IMG/VR virus record: IMGVR_UViG_3300045988_170068
From: a virus
Reading direction: 5' to 3' (one strand)
Length of the DNA: 64,000 nt
Below, in pieces: positions 52,259-60,862 of the stretch (positions are counted from its first letter, which is position 1; the number at the start of each line of letters is the position of its first letter). The translations under genes and the position numbers were made by a program. A model generated the notes under the pieces. That model did not search any database and was not told the DNA's origin. It worked only from the letters and a program-made list of their open reading frames with translations.

Positions 52259-53407
52259 ATGGATATTTACACAGCATTGAAATCAGCTTCAAAGCTTGAG
52301 AACTTCATACTAAGCGAGTTTGATTTCAACAAAGGGATGTATAGTACAACATTCGCAAAGCTGAACTCTATTTCAGAAAAGTGCGAAATGGTCCATTCAA
52401 AGATCCAGGATTGCGTCAAAGTCGATAAGAAGATTCTCGAAGAAGATCCTATGAAGAAAGCTATTGATTTAGCAAATCAGCTTAGTGATGTTCTTGACAG
52501 TATATCTTCAAATGGTTCGGCCATATCGTCTTCATATGATGATATGGTCAATTTGCATTATACTGTCAAATGTTGCGCAGATAAAATCGGAATAGATACA
52601 AGTGAACATGACCCACCTAAATCCGGGTTAGATGAAAAATTAGACATGATACTTTCTATGCTGAAAAGTGGTCAAGAACCAAAAGTTTTCATGGATAGCA
52701 GTAGTACTTCAGAAGTGATAGAAGCAAAATTTCAAATTGACGGAGATGAACCTTCGGAGATTGTTGAACCATCGAAATCTGAGCGAGAAGAAATGCCTAA
52801 GAAAGAGATATTGAAGTTATATTCAAGTACAGTGAAATCCGCAAAACTTGTTTCTACTGGGTATAAAGAATCTGATATTTTGAAAGATATCATTTGCAGA
52901 TGGTTTGAAACAAGATTCTCAATGGCGAAGAAAAATAGGTTTACATACAACTTGGCAGATATGTCTAAGTGGATTCAGAGCATTACAATTGCATTTTCTG
53001 AAGCATATTTGTCAGGCAATATGGATGAATTCAACAGGAATTTTGATTCCTGGATTGACGATGTAAATTCTGGTGAAAATAAATACCCTGTTCCCTATTT
53101 TGTAAAGGATGCTTATGAGAATCCATCTGAGGAAGTATTCGGTCAGTTTACATTTTCCGTCTGGGAGCTCATCTTAACTAGAGCTTTTGATAAACTGATA
53201 ATGTTTAAAGCAATTCCTATAAAGTATATTTGTCAATCATCTTGTTTCTTAGGAATAAATGATGTAGCGATGTATCTTGAGAGACTTCGTATGGACGGAA
53301 ACACAAAATACAAAATTACAGATTATTCGGATCCTTATCATGAGGATGAATTTTTTAGAAGTAGATCATACCTAACTTGTTTAGAGGAGGTGAAGGCAGA
53401 TGTCTAA
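52259..53407 (+). CDS. hypothetical protein
   Basis: 382-aa ORF with GGAGG upstream. Confidence 0.55.
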   Translation: MDIYTALKSASKLENFILSEFDFNKGMYSTTFAKLNSISEKCEMVHSKIQDCVKVDKKILEEDPMKKAIDLANQLSDVLDSISSNGSAISSSYDDMVNLHYTVKCCADKIGIDTSEHDPPKSGLDEKLDMILSMLKSGQEPKVFMDSSSTSEVIEAKFQIDGDEPSEIVEPSKSEREEMPKKEILKLYSSTVKSAKLVSTGYKESDILKDIICRWFETRFSMAKKNRFTYNLADMSKWIQSITIAFSEAYLSGNMDEFNRNFDSWIDDVNSGENKYPVPYFVKDAYENPSEEVFGQFTFSVWELILTRAFDKLIMFKAIPIKYICQSSCFLGINDVAMYLERLRMDGNTKYKITDYSDPYHEDEFFRSRSYLTCLEEVKADV

Positions 53408-54578
53408 AGTAAAATTTGAGAACATTACAGATAGTTTATCATATCCTGTTATGAAGGAATCTGCTATTTCTGTTGCACATAATGCTATAGTTTCGTCTGC
53501 TATCTCACTATTCAAGAATACTTATGACTTCAAGAAAAATGTCATAAGAGCAATGAATATAATTTCGTACTGTATCATAAACAACATGGTAATAAATAGC
53601 AAATGGGAATCTAGTAATTTCTGTGAAGGTCTTGAAGACATTCCTGAAGAAAAATTGAAATCTGAATTAGGCAAGACTTATATCAATATGAAAGATATTG
53701 ATTGGAGTAGCTGTTATTCAGAAGTTGAATTTAACGAAGAGATTTCTGAACATACTGATGATAAGGTAGAAGAAAAGAAAACTTACAATATTGATGAAAT
53801 TTTAGCTAACACGAACCCAGAAGATATATATGATGAGCACCCAAAGTCTTCGCCGGAGGACTTGTACTTGAATGGTCCTCGTATTCCTAGAATTGATACT
53901 TCTAAGGTATGGAAGAGCGGAACAGTAGACGGAACAAAACTCTGTATTTATTATTCAATTCCTCGTGTGCCTACCGTTCAATCAGAAATTTCAGTTACAA
54001 CTAATCCTGACGAACTAACCGATTCTGAGCTTCTTCATCTGTATCCAGATTGCATGTTCTATACAAGACCAATGGAAGTATATTCTGTTGCTTGCGGAAT
54101 GGATATTCATCCTACTTATGGAGGAATCCCAAAAATAAAAGGATTTACAAAGAAGCAGATAATTGACAACATTATAAAGTATCCTTGCATTGACGGTCTT
54201 ACTCGTGTTGGTAAGAAGAAAGGACAGCTGGTTTTTGTAGAGTTTGAGAAGTTCATTGAAGTTGACGGTGAGCTATATAAAACAACTGATATGATGGAAA
54301 AGATTCCTGAAATGAAGAATCTTAAGAAAACATGGCCTGTGATAAGAGAATATGTTGTCCGTCGTTATTTGTTAGAGAGAGACATAAAAGGAATCGAGCA
54401 TAAATATCCAATTTTTGGAATTTTAGATCCATTTGTAACTCTTTTCATGCCGTCTAAAATGTATAGAGAAGAAGGATACAAAGATTCTGTAGAAATTGCA
54501 AGACAATGCGTCAAGTCAAGAGTATCTTATCTTCAAAGCAGAAATCCTGTAATAAGGAGGCTTGAGGAAAATGAATAA
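53400..54578 (+). CDS. hypothetical protein
   Basis: 392-aa ORF with GAGGAGGTGA upstream. Confidence 0.55.
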   Translation: MSKVKFENITDSLSYPVMKESAISVAHNAIVSSAISLFKNTYDFKKNVIRAMNIISYCIINNMVINSKWESSNFCEGLEDIPEEKLKSELGKTYINMKDIDWSSCYSEVEFNEEISEHTDDKVEEKKTYNIDEILANTNPEDIYDEHPKSSPEDLYLNGPRIPRIDTSKVWKSGTVDGTKLCIYYSIPRVPTVQSEISVTTNPDELTDSELLHLYPDCMFYTRPMEVYSVACGMDIHPTYGGIPKIKGFTKKQIIDNIIKYPCIDGLTRVGKKKGQLVFVEFEKFIEVDGELYKTTDMMEKIPEMKNLKKTWPVIREYVVRRYLLERDIKGIEHKYPIFGILDPFVTLFMPSKMYREEGYKDSVEIARQCVKSRVSYLQSRNPVIRRLEENE

Positions 54579-55155
54579 TTGCATATATACTCCGTATTGT
54601 ACGTATAAGCAATGTGACCTTGCTTGCCCTGCAAATACAGAGATCAGTTATTGGATGAAGCGATGCGGAATTTCAATGAAAAATCCCTGTCTATCTGCAA
54701 GTAAGAATAAGATTGATAAAGCAAGAGAATTACTAGACGAGCATTCCGGAGAAACTTGCTATTACAAGTCTTCAAATCCTATGGAAGCTGCAGATATCTT
54801 CTGTTATACAGCTATTTGTCTTCACGGTAGAGGAACCGCATTAGGTAACGGAATTTACCACCTTGACTATGCTTCCTATATCGATAAGATAAAAGACAGC
54901 TGGAATGATCACATTGAATCTTACGACCTTCAAATGATTAAGGTTTGGATAAATGCAGCAAAGTATCTCTTCATTTCCAATCTTGATTATGTTAAGTTCG
55001 GAGATTTTGAAAGCCAAACTATGCTGAAGATTTTCAACGATAGAAGAGATTCAGACAAAACAACATTCCTTATTTCAGGTAAAGAAGACTTGATTGGAGT
55101 AGGAAATTTCTTTCCTCGTCTTCAGTCAGTTTTAAAAGGAGTGCTTGTTGAATGA
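54571..55155 (+). CDS. possible DnaC/IstB-like helicase loader with degenerate P-loop
   Basis: KYLFISNLDYVKFGDFESQTMLKIFNDRRDSDKTTFLISG resembles the DnaC Walker B to sensor region. No GxxGxGKT. Lies directly upstream of the helicase. Confidence 0.3.
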   Translation: MNNCIYTPYCTYKQCDLACPANTEISYWMKRCGISMKNPCLSASKNKIDKARELLDEHSGETCYYKSSNPMEAADIFCYTAICLHGRGTALGNGIYHLDYASYIDKIKDSWNDHIESYDLQMIKVWINAAKYLFISNLDYVKFGDFESQTMLKIFNDRRDSDKTTFLISGKEDLIGVGNFFPRLQSVLKGVLVE

Positions 55156-56525
55156 CAAACTCGGTAGAACTTCAGGTCATTTGTAGACTTCTAACTACAC
55201 AAGATGCTAGTGAAGTTGACCGACTTTGCTCATTTGATGATTCTTACTATTCTGTATTCAAGGATCAAATAAATTTCATACTTGAGCATAGGGAGAAGTA
55301 TGGTGATGTACCAGATCTTTTTACTTTTCAAGCTCAATTTGAAGATGTTGTAATTGTAGAAGTAAATGAACCTGTAACATATCTTGAAGATCAGCTAAGA
55401 AAAAATAAGCAACATATTCTTTTTCTTCAAACATTTAATAAGTTAACAGACCTTGGGTCAGCAGATGTTTCTGAAGCATGGGCATATCTTCAATCTCAAT
55501 GTGAAAAAGCTGCATCACTTGATTCATCAAATCCTGTTAATATTGTAACAGAAGCATTCAAACGAAGCGATGAAATCATTGCATTCAACAAGCAAAAAAG
55601 AATTCCTACAGGATTCAAAGAGCTAGATAAAGTTATGTACGGAGGATTATCTACTGTTGAAGAATTATGCTTGATAGTAGCAAGAACCAACTCTGGTAAG
55701 AGCTGGGTTTGCACAAAGATGATGGAGTGCGCTCAGCTAAATGGATTCCCAGTTCTTTACTACAGCCCAGAGATGCAATCTTCTTTCATTGGTACTCGAT
55801 TTGATACTTGGCGAGGTCATTTTAAGAACAGTGAACTTCAAAGAGGTATGTATAATGAAGAATACTTCAATTATCTTAAAAAGCTTGTTACCGAAGAAAC
55901 TGGAGCATTAGTTGTTGAAGATAAAGATATGTCTGAAGGTAAGACAACTGTTCGAGCAATGGAGAATCTTGTAAAGAAACATCATATCAAACTTCTAATC
56001 ATTGACGGTCTGTCTTATATGTCGGACACAGAAAGAGCTGACAGCGATGTTCTACGATACAAAAACATTTGTAACGGATTATTCAGACTCAGCAAAACAT
56101 ATGGCTGCGCAGTTGTTGTTGCAGTTCAAGCCAATCGTGAAACTAAAGGAAACACTGATGAAAAAGGTATTCCATTTCCGGATCTAACAAACATTGAAGG
56201 ATCTGATCATCCAGGTAGAATTGCTACACAAGTATTTGCTCTCAGACAACTTTTTGAGGAACACACTCTTGAAATAAAGTTGCTTAAATCTAGAAATGCA
56301 AAGAATACAAATCAAACTTTCGCATATGTTTGGGACCCGAATACAGGATCCACTGAATACATATCAGATAGTTCTGATTCTGATTCGCCTCCACCTCCTC
56401 CTTCAGCACCCGGTCAGCTTCCTAAGTTATCAACACCTACAGTTTCAGCAAAGATTGTTCATAATGAACCGGATGAAAGCTTAATTTCTGATGACGACGA
56501 TGACCTGGACGATGTCGAATTCTAA
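55152..56525 (+). CDS. DnaB-family replicative DNA helicase
   Basis: GFKELDKVMYGGL, Walker A ARTNSGKS, Walker B LLIIDGLSYM and VVVAVQANRE. Acidic C-terminal tail ..SDDDDDLDDVEF. Confidence 0.8.
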   Translation: MTNSVELQVICRLLTTQDASEVDRLCSFDDSYYSVFKDQINFILEHREKYGDVPDLFTFQAQFEDVVIVEVNEPVTYLEDQLRKNKQHILFLQTFNKLTDLGSADVSEAWAYLQSQCEKAASLDSSNPVNIVTEAFKRSDEIIAFNKQKRIPTGFKELDKVMYGGLSTVEELCLIVARTNSGKSWVCTKMMECAQLNGFPVLYYSPEMQSSFIGTRFDTWRGHFKNSELQRGMYNEEYFNYLKKLVTEETGALVVEDKDMSEGKTTVRAMENLVKKHHIKLLIIDGLSYMSDTERADSDVLRYKNICNGLFRLSKTYGCAVVVAVQANRETKGNTDEKGIPFPDLTNIEGSDHPGRIATQVFALRQLFEEHTLEIKLLKSRNAKNTNQTFAYVWDPNTGSTEYISDSSDSDSPPPPPSAPGQLPKLSTPTVSAKIVHNEPDESLISDDDDDLDDVEF

Positions 56526-56534
56526 TGATTAAGA

Positions 56535-56572
56535 CCTGCTGATCGTTATATGATCAGCGGGTTCGCTTTGTT
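56535..56572 (+). terminator. terminator-like hairpin
   Basis: 10-bp stem CCTGCTGATC/GATCAGCGGG followed by a weak T tract. Confidence 0.45.
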
Positions 56573-56606
56573 GTATCGTTAAAGAAAGTACAAAGAAGGT
56601 GAGTAT

Positions 56607-57605
56607 ATGGATATAAATATTGTAATTGATAAATTGGCTGAGCAAGGTATGCTCAGGCCTAATAGAAAAATAGGTGATTATTACAGTTGCTACTGTCCGT
56701 TTCACAATGATGGTAATGAAAGAAAACCTTCTTCAGGTATTCTTCTTCACGACCAATATAGAAACGGACAGATGTATCCTGCTGGCTGGTTCAACTGTTT
56801 CACCTGTCATCATTCTTACCGGCTTCCTGATTTTATTTCAGAGCTTCTTAAAATTCATTCAATTCATCAAACAGGTAAGGCCTGGCTTGAGGAAAATATT
56901 GAAGGATACAATAATGCAGTAGAATTTGAGCCGCTTATTCCTGAAGATATGATGAAGGGAGTAAACAACGCATTTGCAATACAGTCTATTAAGGAAAGGA
57001 TGAAGACTCAGAAACCTTCATATATTTCTGAGCAAGAGCTTGCGAAATATAGATTTACAGTCGATTACATGTATTCACGAAAATTGACTGACGAAGTTAT
57101 TGAAAAATTTGATGTAGGGTTTGATGCAAATTTCCTTCCTACAGGTAGAAAGAAAAAGATTCCTTGCGTAACGTTTCCAGTTAGAGATGTTAATGGAAAT
57201 ACGCTATTCATATGTAGAAGGTCTGTTGAAGGAAAAGCCTTCTATCTTCCTTCAAAAGTTGAAAAATCAGTATATGGATTGTATGAACTTCCAATAGGAT
57301 GTGAGTCAGTAATAATCGCAGAAAGCTGTTTCAATGTTCTAACATGCTATGTTTACGGCTATCCTGCTGTAGGCCTTCTTGGTACCGGTACGCCGAGGCA
57401 AATTGCTCAACTAAAAAGACTTGGTGTTAAGGAGTTTGTACTTGGAATGGATCCAGACGAAGCAGGAGATTCAGCTTGCAGACGACTGAAAAATGCTCTG
57501 AAGGATGTAGCTATTGTAAGACGAATGATAGATATTCCTATTGGAAAGGACATAAACGATCTTTCTAAAGAAGAATTCGTTAATATATACAACAACAGAA
57601 TTTAA
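56607..57605 (+). CDS. DnaG-like DNA primase
   Basis: Zn finger CYCPFHNDGNERKPS...CFTCHH. TOPRIM region IIAESCFNVL...GMDPDEAGD. Confidence 0.8.
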   Translation: MDINIVIDKLAEQGMLRPNRKIGDYYSCYCPFHNDGNERKPSSGILLHDQYRNGQMYPAGWFNCFTCHHSYRLPDFISELLKIHSIHQTGKAWLEENIEGYNNAVEFEPLIPEDMMKGVNNAFAIQSIKERMKTQKPSYISEQELAKYRFTVDYMYSRKLTDEVIEKFDVGFDANFLPTGRKKKIPCVTFPVRDVNGNTLFICRRSVEGKAFYLPSKVEKSVYGLYELPIGCESVIIAESCFNVLTCYVYGYPAVGLLGTGTPRQIAQLKRLGVKEFVLGMDPDEAGDSACRRLKNALKDVAIVRRMIDIPIGKDINDLSKEEFVNIYNNRI

Positions 57606-57617
57606 GGAGGACACACC

Positions 57618-57926
57618 TTGTATATTTCCAGTCATAACGACAATTTTATGAACAAGAAAATTGATAAGCCTTATGAAGATAGATTTGATTATACAGTATA
57701 TGAGATGATCATTTCTGAAATGAATGCTGAAATTTCTAGACAAAACAAAAGGATTGAAGCGTTTAAGCTTGTAGAAGAGATGAATAATCAGATGATTGAT
57801 GCTTTGATTGAAGCTAATCGTCGTCTTCAAGCTGAACTTGAGAAGGGAATTGATCCGAATGATAGATATTACAGATCTAAGCCTGGACGGGTACCAGTTA
57901 GAAAGAATCCTAGACATAAGGAGTAA
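57618..57926 (+). CDS. hypothetical coiled-coil protein
   Basis: TTG 57618 lies 7 nt after AAGGAGG. An alternative ATG at 57648 has no SD. Confidence 0.4.
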   Translation: MYISSHNDNFMNKKIDKPYEDRFDYTVYEMIISEMNAEISRQNKRIEAFKLVEEMNNQMIDALIEANRRLQAELEKGIDPNDRYYRSKPGRVPVRKNPRHKE

Positions 57927-58143
57927 ATGCAGACGAATCATTGACTGGATGCTGAATGAGAAGTGCTCAATTCGTGATTGTGCAAAAGATGTCGGAATGC
58001 CTAAATCAACTGTTCATCAATATATTCACACATATATCAGAGACGGTTGGGATGAAGAGTATCAAGAGATCAAAGTTATACTTCGATGGAATAAACGAGA
58101 GCGGTTCAAGCCTAAGAAGTATTGGCGCGGCAGACCGTGGTAA
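57859..58143 (+). CDS. SpoIIID-like helix-turn-helix regulator
   Basis: CSIRDCAKDVGMPKSTVHQYI aligns with the SpoIIID segment TVRVIAKEFGVSKSTVHKDL. The start is uncertain (57859, or 57949 which would truncate helix 1). Overlaps the upstream ORF in another frame. Confidence 0.55.
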   Translation: MIDITDLSLDGYQLERILDIRSKCRRIIDWMLNEKCSIRDCAKDVGMPKSTVHQYIHTYIRDGWDEEYQEIKVILRWNKRERFKPKKYWRGRPW

Positions 58144-58152
58144 GGAGATATT

Positions 58153-59331
58153 ATGAACTACGCATGGATGATCCGGCAAGATGGAAAGCCTTTTGAGTGT
58201 TCTCATCATTTCTATTGTATGAATGATGACGACCTTTCTTCTGAAGCTGAATGTTCTGCATTTATCATCAACACTAAATCTAAGGATGTTGATTTAGCTA
58301 ACCAAGTTATTGACGCTTGGCTCGCTCTTGGCATTGAACAAGAAATTGATTATAACGCAGATGTTCATGATATCAACGAAGCTATTTTGAAATTTGTGAA
58401 CAATCTTCCTTACAGATTTCAATATCCTATTTCTGCAAGACAGATTCTTGATATTCATATCAATCAAAATGCTTATTTTGATGTCGATACTCTTTATGAA
58501 TATTGCGATGAAGTTAGAGAAAATCTTTCTACTATTCAAGAGGATATTAAACATTCTATCAATCAGCAGTTCTGCAGAGCTAGATATGGTGGTCAGTACA
58601 ATTCCACATATAGAAACAATACCATGTGGTTCCGAATTTCTAGTGTAGGTTTCAATTGGGCTGATATTGTTTATATATTTACTGCAAAGAACAAAAATAG
58701 ATTGCATATTGATAAAGTAACTATCTGTAGGGACCATGAATCGGATAATGGATATGATTCAGATGAACCTGAATATTTCTACAAAGCCAAAGATGGTACA
58801 GTTTATTATGATATGCCTGTTGATGAATTTCTAAACGAGGAGCATGAACACTCTCTTGTTTTCTCTGCTTCTATGCTTCCCTCAACCGTATTGATCTACG
58901 CAGTAAGTTTCGCTGGTGGAGCTACTGAACGACAGGTAGTTTACTCTGCTAATCGTAGAAGAAACCAATATGATTATAGCACCTGGGATAAGCTGAAGAC
59001 GATTGAGAAGAAAATCAATTGTATTTCTGCATCTGAATTTCTTGACAAAGCGCCTACTCGTACTAGAAATAGAGTTCAAAAAATTCAAGACGACATTTTG
59101 AACACATATCCCGAAATTAAATCTGTTGATGTAGATTTTAAGCATAGGGAAAACACAAGAGGAAAAAATGTTGGCGTAGAATATATTTTCATTGTATCTT
59201 CTGACGATCCTAGAATTGATGGAATTAAAGTAGGAGTAGCTTTCAACAAACCAGAAACTTCTCCAGATTTGATTTTCAGAAGATTCAGAATGGAATATGA
59301 GGAATTCAAAGGGTTCAAAAATATTGAATAA
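58153..59331 (+). CDS. hypothetical protein
   Basis: 392-aa ORF with AAGGAG upstream. Confidence 0.55.
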   Translation: MNYAWMIRQDGKPFECSHHFYCMNDDDLSSEAECSAFIINTKSKDVDLANQVIDAWLALGIEQEIDYNADVHDINEAILKFVNNLPYRFQYPISARQILDIHINQNAYFDVDTLYEYCDEVRENLSTIQEDIKHSINQQFCRARYGGQYNSTYRNNTMWFRISSVGFNWADIVYIFTAKNKNRLHIDKVTICRDHESDNGYDSDEPEYFYKAKDGTVYYDMPVDEFLNEEHEHSLVFSASMLPSTVLIYAVSFAGGATERQVVYSANRRRNQYDYSTWDKLKTIEKKINCISASEFLDKAPTRTRNRVQKIQDDILNTYPEIKSVDVDFKHRENTRGKNVGVEYIFIVSSDDPRIDGIKVGVAFNKPETSPDLIFRRFRMEYEEFKGFKNIE

Positions 59332-59338
59332 AATTCAA

Positions 59339-59362
59339 GTAAATTATTAACGAATGATTAAG
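59339..59362 (+). promoter_or_regulatory. 24-nt box GTAAATTATTAACGAATGATTAAG (copy 2)
   Basis: Identical to 13669-13692 and lies 14 nt upstream of a -35 element. Confidence 0.5.
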
Positions 59363-59376
59363 TCGTCAAAAAGGTA

Positions 59377-59405
59377 TTGACTTTTTCATTAAAATATATT
59401 ATAAT
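59377..59405 (+). promoter_or_regulatory. sigma-A-type promoter (TTGACT-17-TATAAT)
   Basis: -35 at 59377-59382 and -10 at 59400-59405. Confidence 0.7.
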
Positions 59406-59475
59406 ATGTTTGTAGTTAATCAGTCAACATCAAAGCCAGACACATCAAAATTTATCAATATTGGAGGAACCAAAG

Positions 59476-60168
59476 ATGGCAAGAAGACCTTTGTACAAGC
59501 AAGTTTCCGCTTTTGAGAGCACTAATAGACATAGAGTTGCTCGTGGTGTTGAGCCTATTCCGACAGTCAATCCGTTTAAGGCTACTTTCAACATGTTCCG
59601 CGAGTATCTCGGCTACGTCAGACCGCTGACCTATTCCGAGTGGATGGAAGTTGATCCCGAAGATAAGGCAGCGGTTCTTTATGTGCAGTTCTACGATCAG
59701 ATTACACTTGCATGGTACAAGTCTCGTAGTTTCTATGCACAGGAGGAAGACGGAGTATCTACCATGATGCAGTATCTTATCAAGAATGTTCCCGTCCTTG
59801 AGAAAGATCCTAAGCGGTTCTCTGAGCGGTACATCTATCGTGTTGCTTACAATTGTCTGTATTGTATCTGTCACGATATCAAGGTCGACAAAGACCGTTA
59901 CGAGCTTGAAACTAGCAACATTCAGGCTACTGATGGTGATGATGAGGTTGATCTTTTCAATCTTGTTCAGTCTAATTTCTCTATTCAGACAACTATCAAT
60001 AAGGAGAAGTTCTGGGCAGTTGTTATGTCTATGGACGACGATGTATTGACCTTCGTAGATTGTCTTATCAATAAGACTCGTTTTCCTGCAGGAATGAAAG
60101 CTAAGAGTGCCTCTTACATTGAGAAGCTTCGTGTAGCTCTTAAGGATTTCCAGGATATGGATTATTGA
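59476..60168 (+). CDS. possible ECF-like sigma factor / late transcription regulator
   Basis: ATG 59476 follows GGAGGA. AAVLYVQFYDQITLAWYK..EEDGVSTMMQYL..YRVAYNCLY resembles sigma region 2. Weak C-terminal region-4-like segment. Confidence 0.35.
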   Translation: MARRPLYKQVSAFESTNRHRVARGVEPIPTVNPFKATFNMFREYLGYVRPLTYSEWMEVDPEDKAAVLYVQFYDQITLAWYKSRSFYAQEEDGVSTMMQYLIKNVPVLEKDPKRFSERYIYRVAYNCLYCICHDIKVDKDRYELETSNIQATDGDDEVDLFNLVQSNFSIQTTINKEKFWAVVMSMDDDVLTFVDCLINKTRFPAGMKAKSASYIEKLRVALKDFQDMDY

Positions 60169-60189
60169 TTGATAGGGAGGTTAATCAAC

Positions 60190-60363
60190 ATGAAATTCAA
60201 ATACACTATTCAAATTCAGTCCGGTTCAGATGGTAGCTGGCAAGAGATATCTGGATTCTTTCTTTCTGAAGATTCTGCTAAGGCTTACATTGAAAAGAAC
60301 TTTGACAGACTTATCAATGCAGGTATTCCGGTATCTGTATGCAAGGAACCTATATCTTTATGA
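60190..60363 (+). CDS. hypothetical small protein
   Basis: ATG 60190 follows GGGAGG. Confidence 0.45.
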   Translation: MKFKYTIQIQSGSDGSWQEISGFFLSEDSAKAYIEKNFDRLINAGIPVSVCKEPISL

Positions 60364-60383
60364 ATCGTTATTACATATGTAGA
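60362..60383 (+). promoter_or_regulatory. 22-nt promoter-like box (GAATCGTTATTACATATGTAGA)
   Basis: Extended box overlapping the upstream stop and running straight into the GGAGG of the next gene. Confidence 0.4.
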
Positions 60384-60394
60384 GGAGGTGATAG

Positions 60395-60808
60395 ATGTTG
60401 AGCACAACAGTTTCTACTTCAGTTGATTTTGAGTTTGCTTATCTTATGAAGCTGAAAGGTAAACCTATTCTTAATTCGCACAGATATACAATGGTAGCTA
60501 CAGTAGGTTCTTCTGATATCCAAGATGGAATCATTATTGATTATGATGAACTTAAGGATATTCTTCTTTCTTCAGTTCCAGATAAAACATTTGTAGCCTC
60601 CATGGTAAATTCTGATAAGGAATTGAATGTAGCTAAGGCGCTACAGGATTATGGGGTACCTATCAAAATTGTGTCATTTGAGCTATGCACAGAAAGACTT
60701 GTGGAGCTATTCGCAAATACAATTCAATCAAAGCTTGATGAATATCACCTTGGATATGTTCTACTTTCATTGATTCTACAGGAGAACAGCTCTTCTTCTG
60801 TTAATTGA
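60395..60808 (+). CDS. divergent QueD/PTPS-like (T-fold) protein lacking the HxH zinc motif
   Basis: FEFAYLMK..NSHRYTMVATV..GIIIDYDELKDIL..PDKTFV parallels QueD FEAAHRLY..HGHSYKVEV..GMVIDFKLLKKII..DHSCIL. Confidence 0.4.
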   Translation: MLSTTVSTSVDFEFAYLMKLKGKPILNSHRYTMVATVGSSDIQDGIIIDYDELKDILLSSVPDKTFVASMVNSDKELNVAKALQDYGVPIKIVSFELCTERLVELFANTIQSKLDEYHLGYVLLSLILQENSSSSVN

Positions 60809-60862
60809 CAGAATCAGAAATCAAATCTGTAATCATATCAAAACAAACTGGAGGAATTTAAT

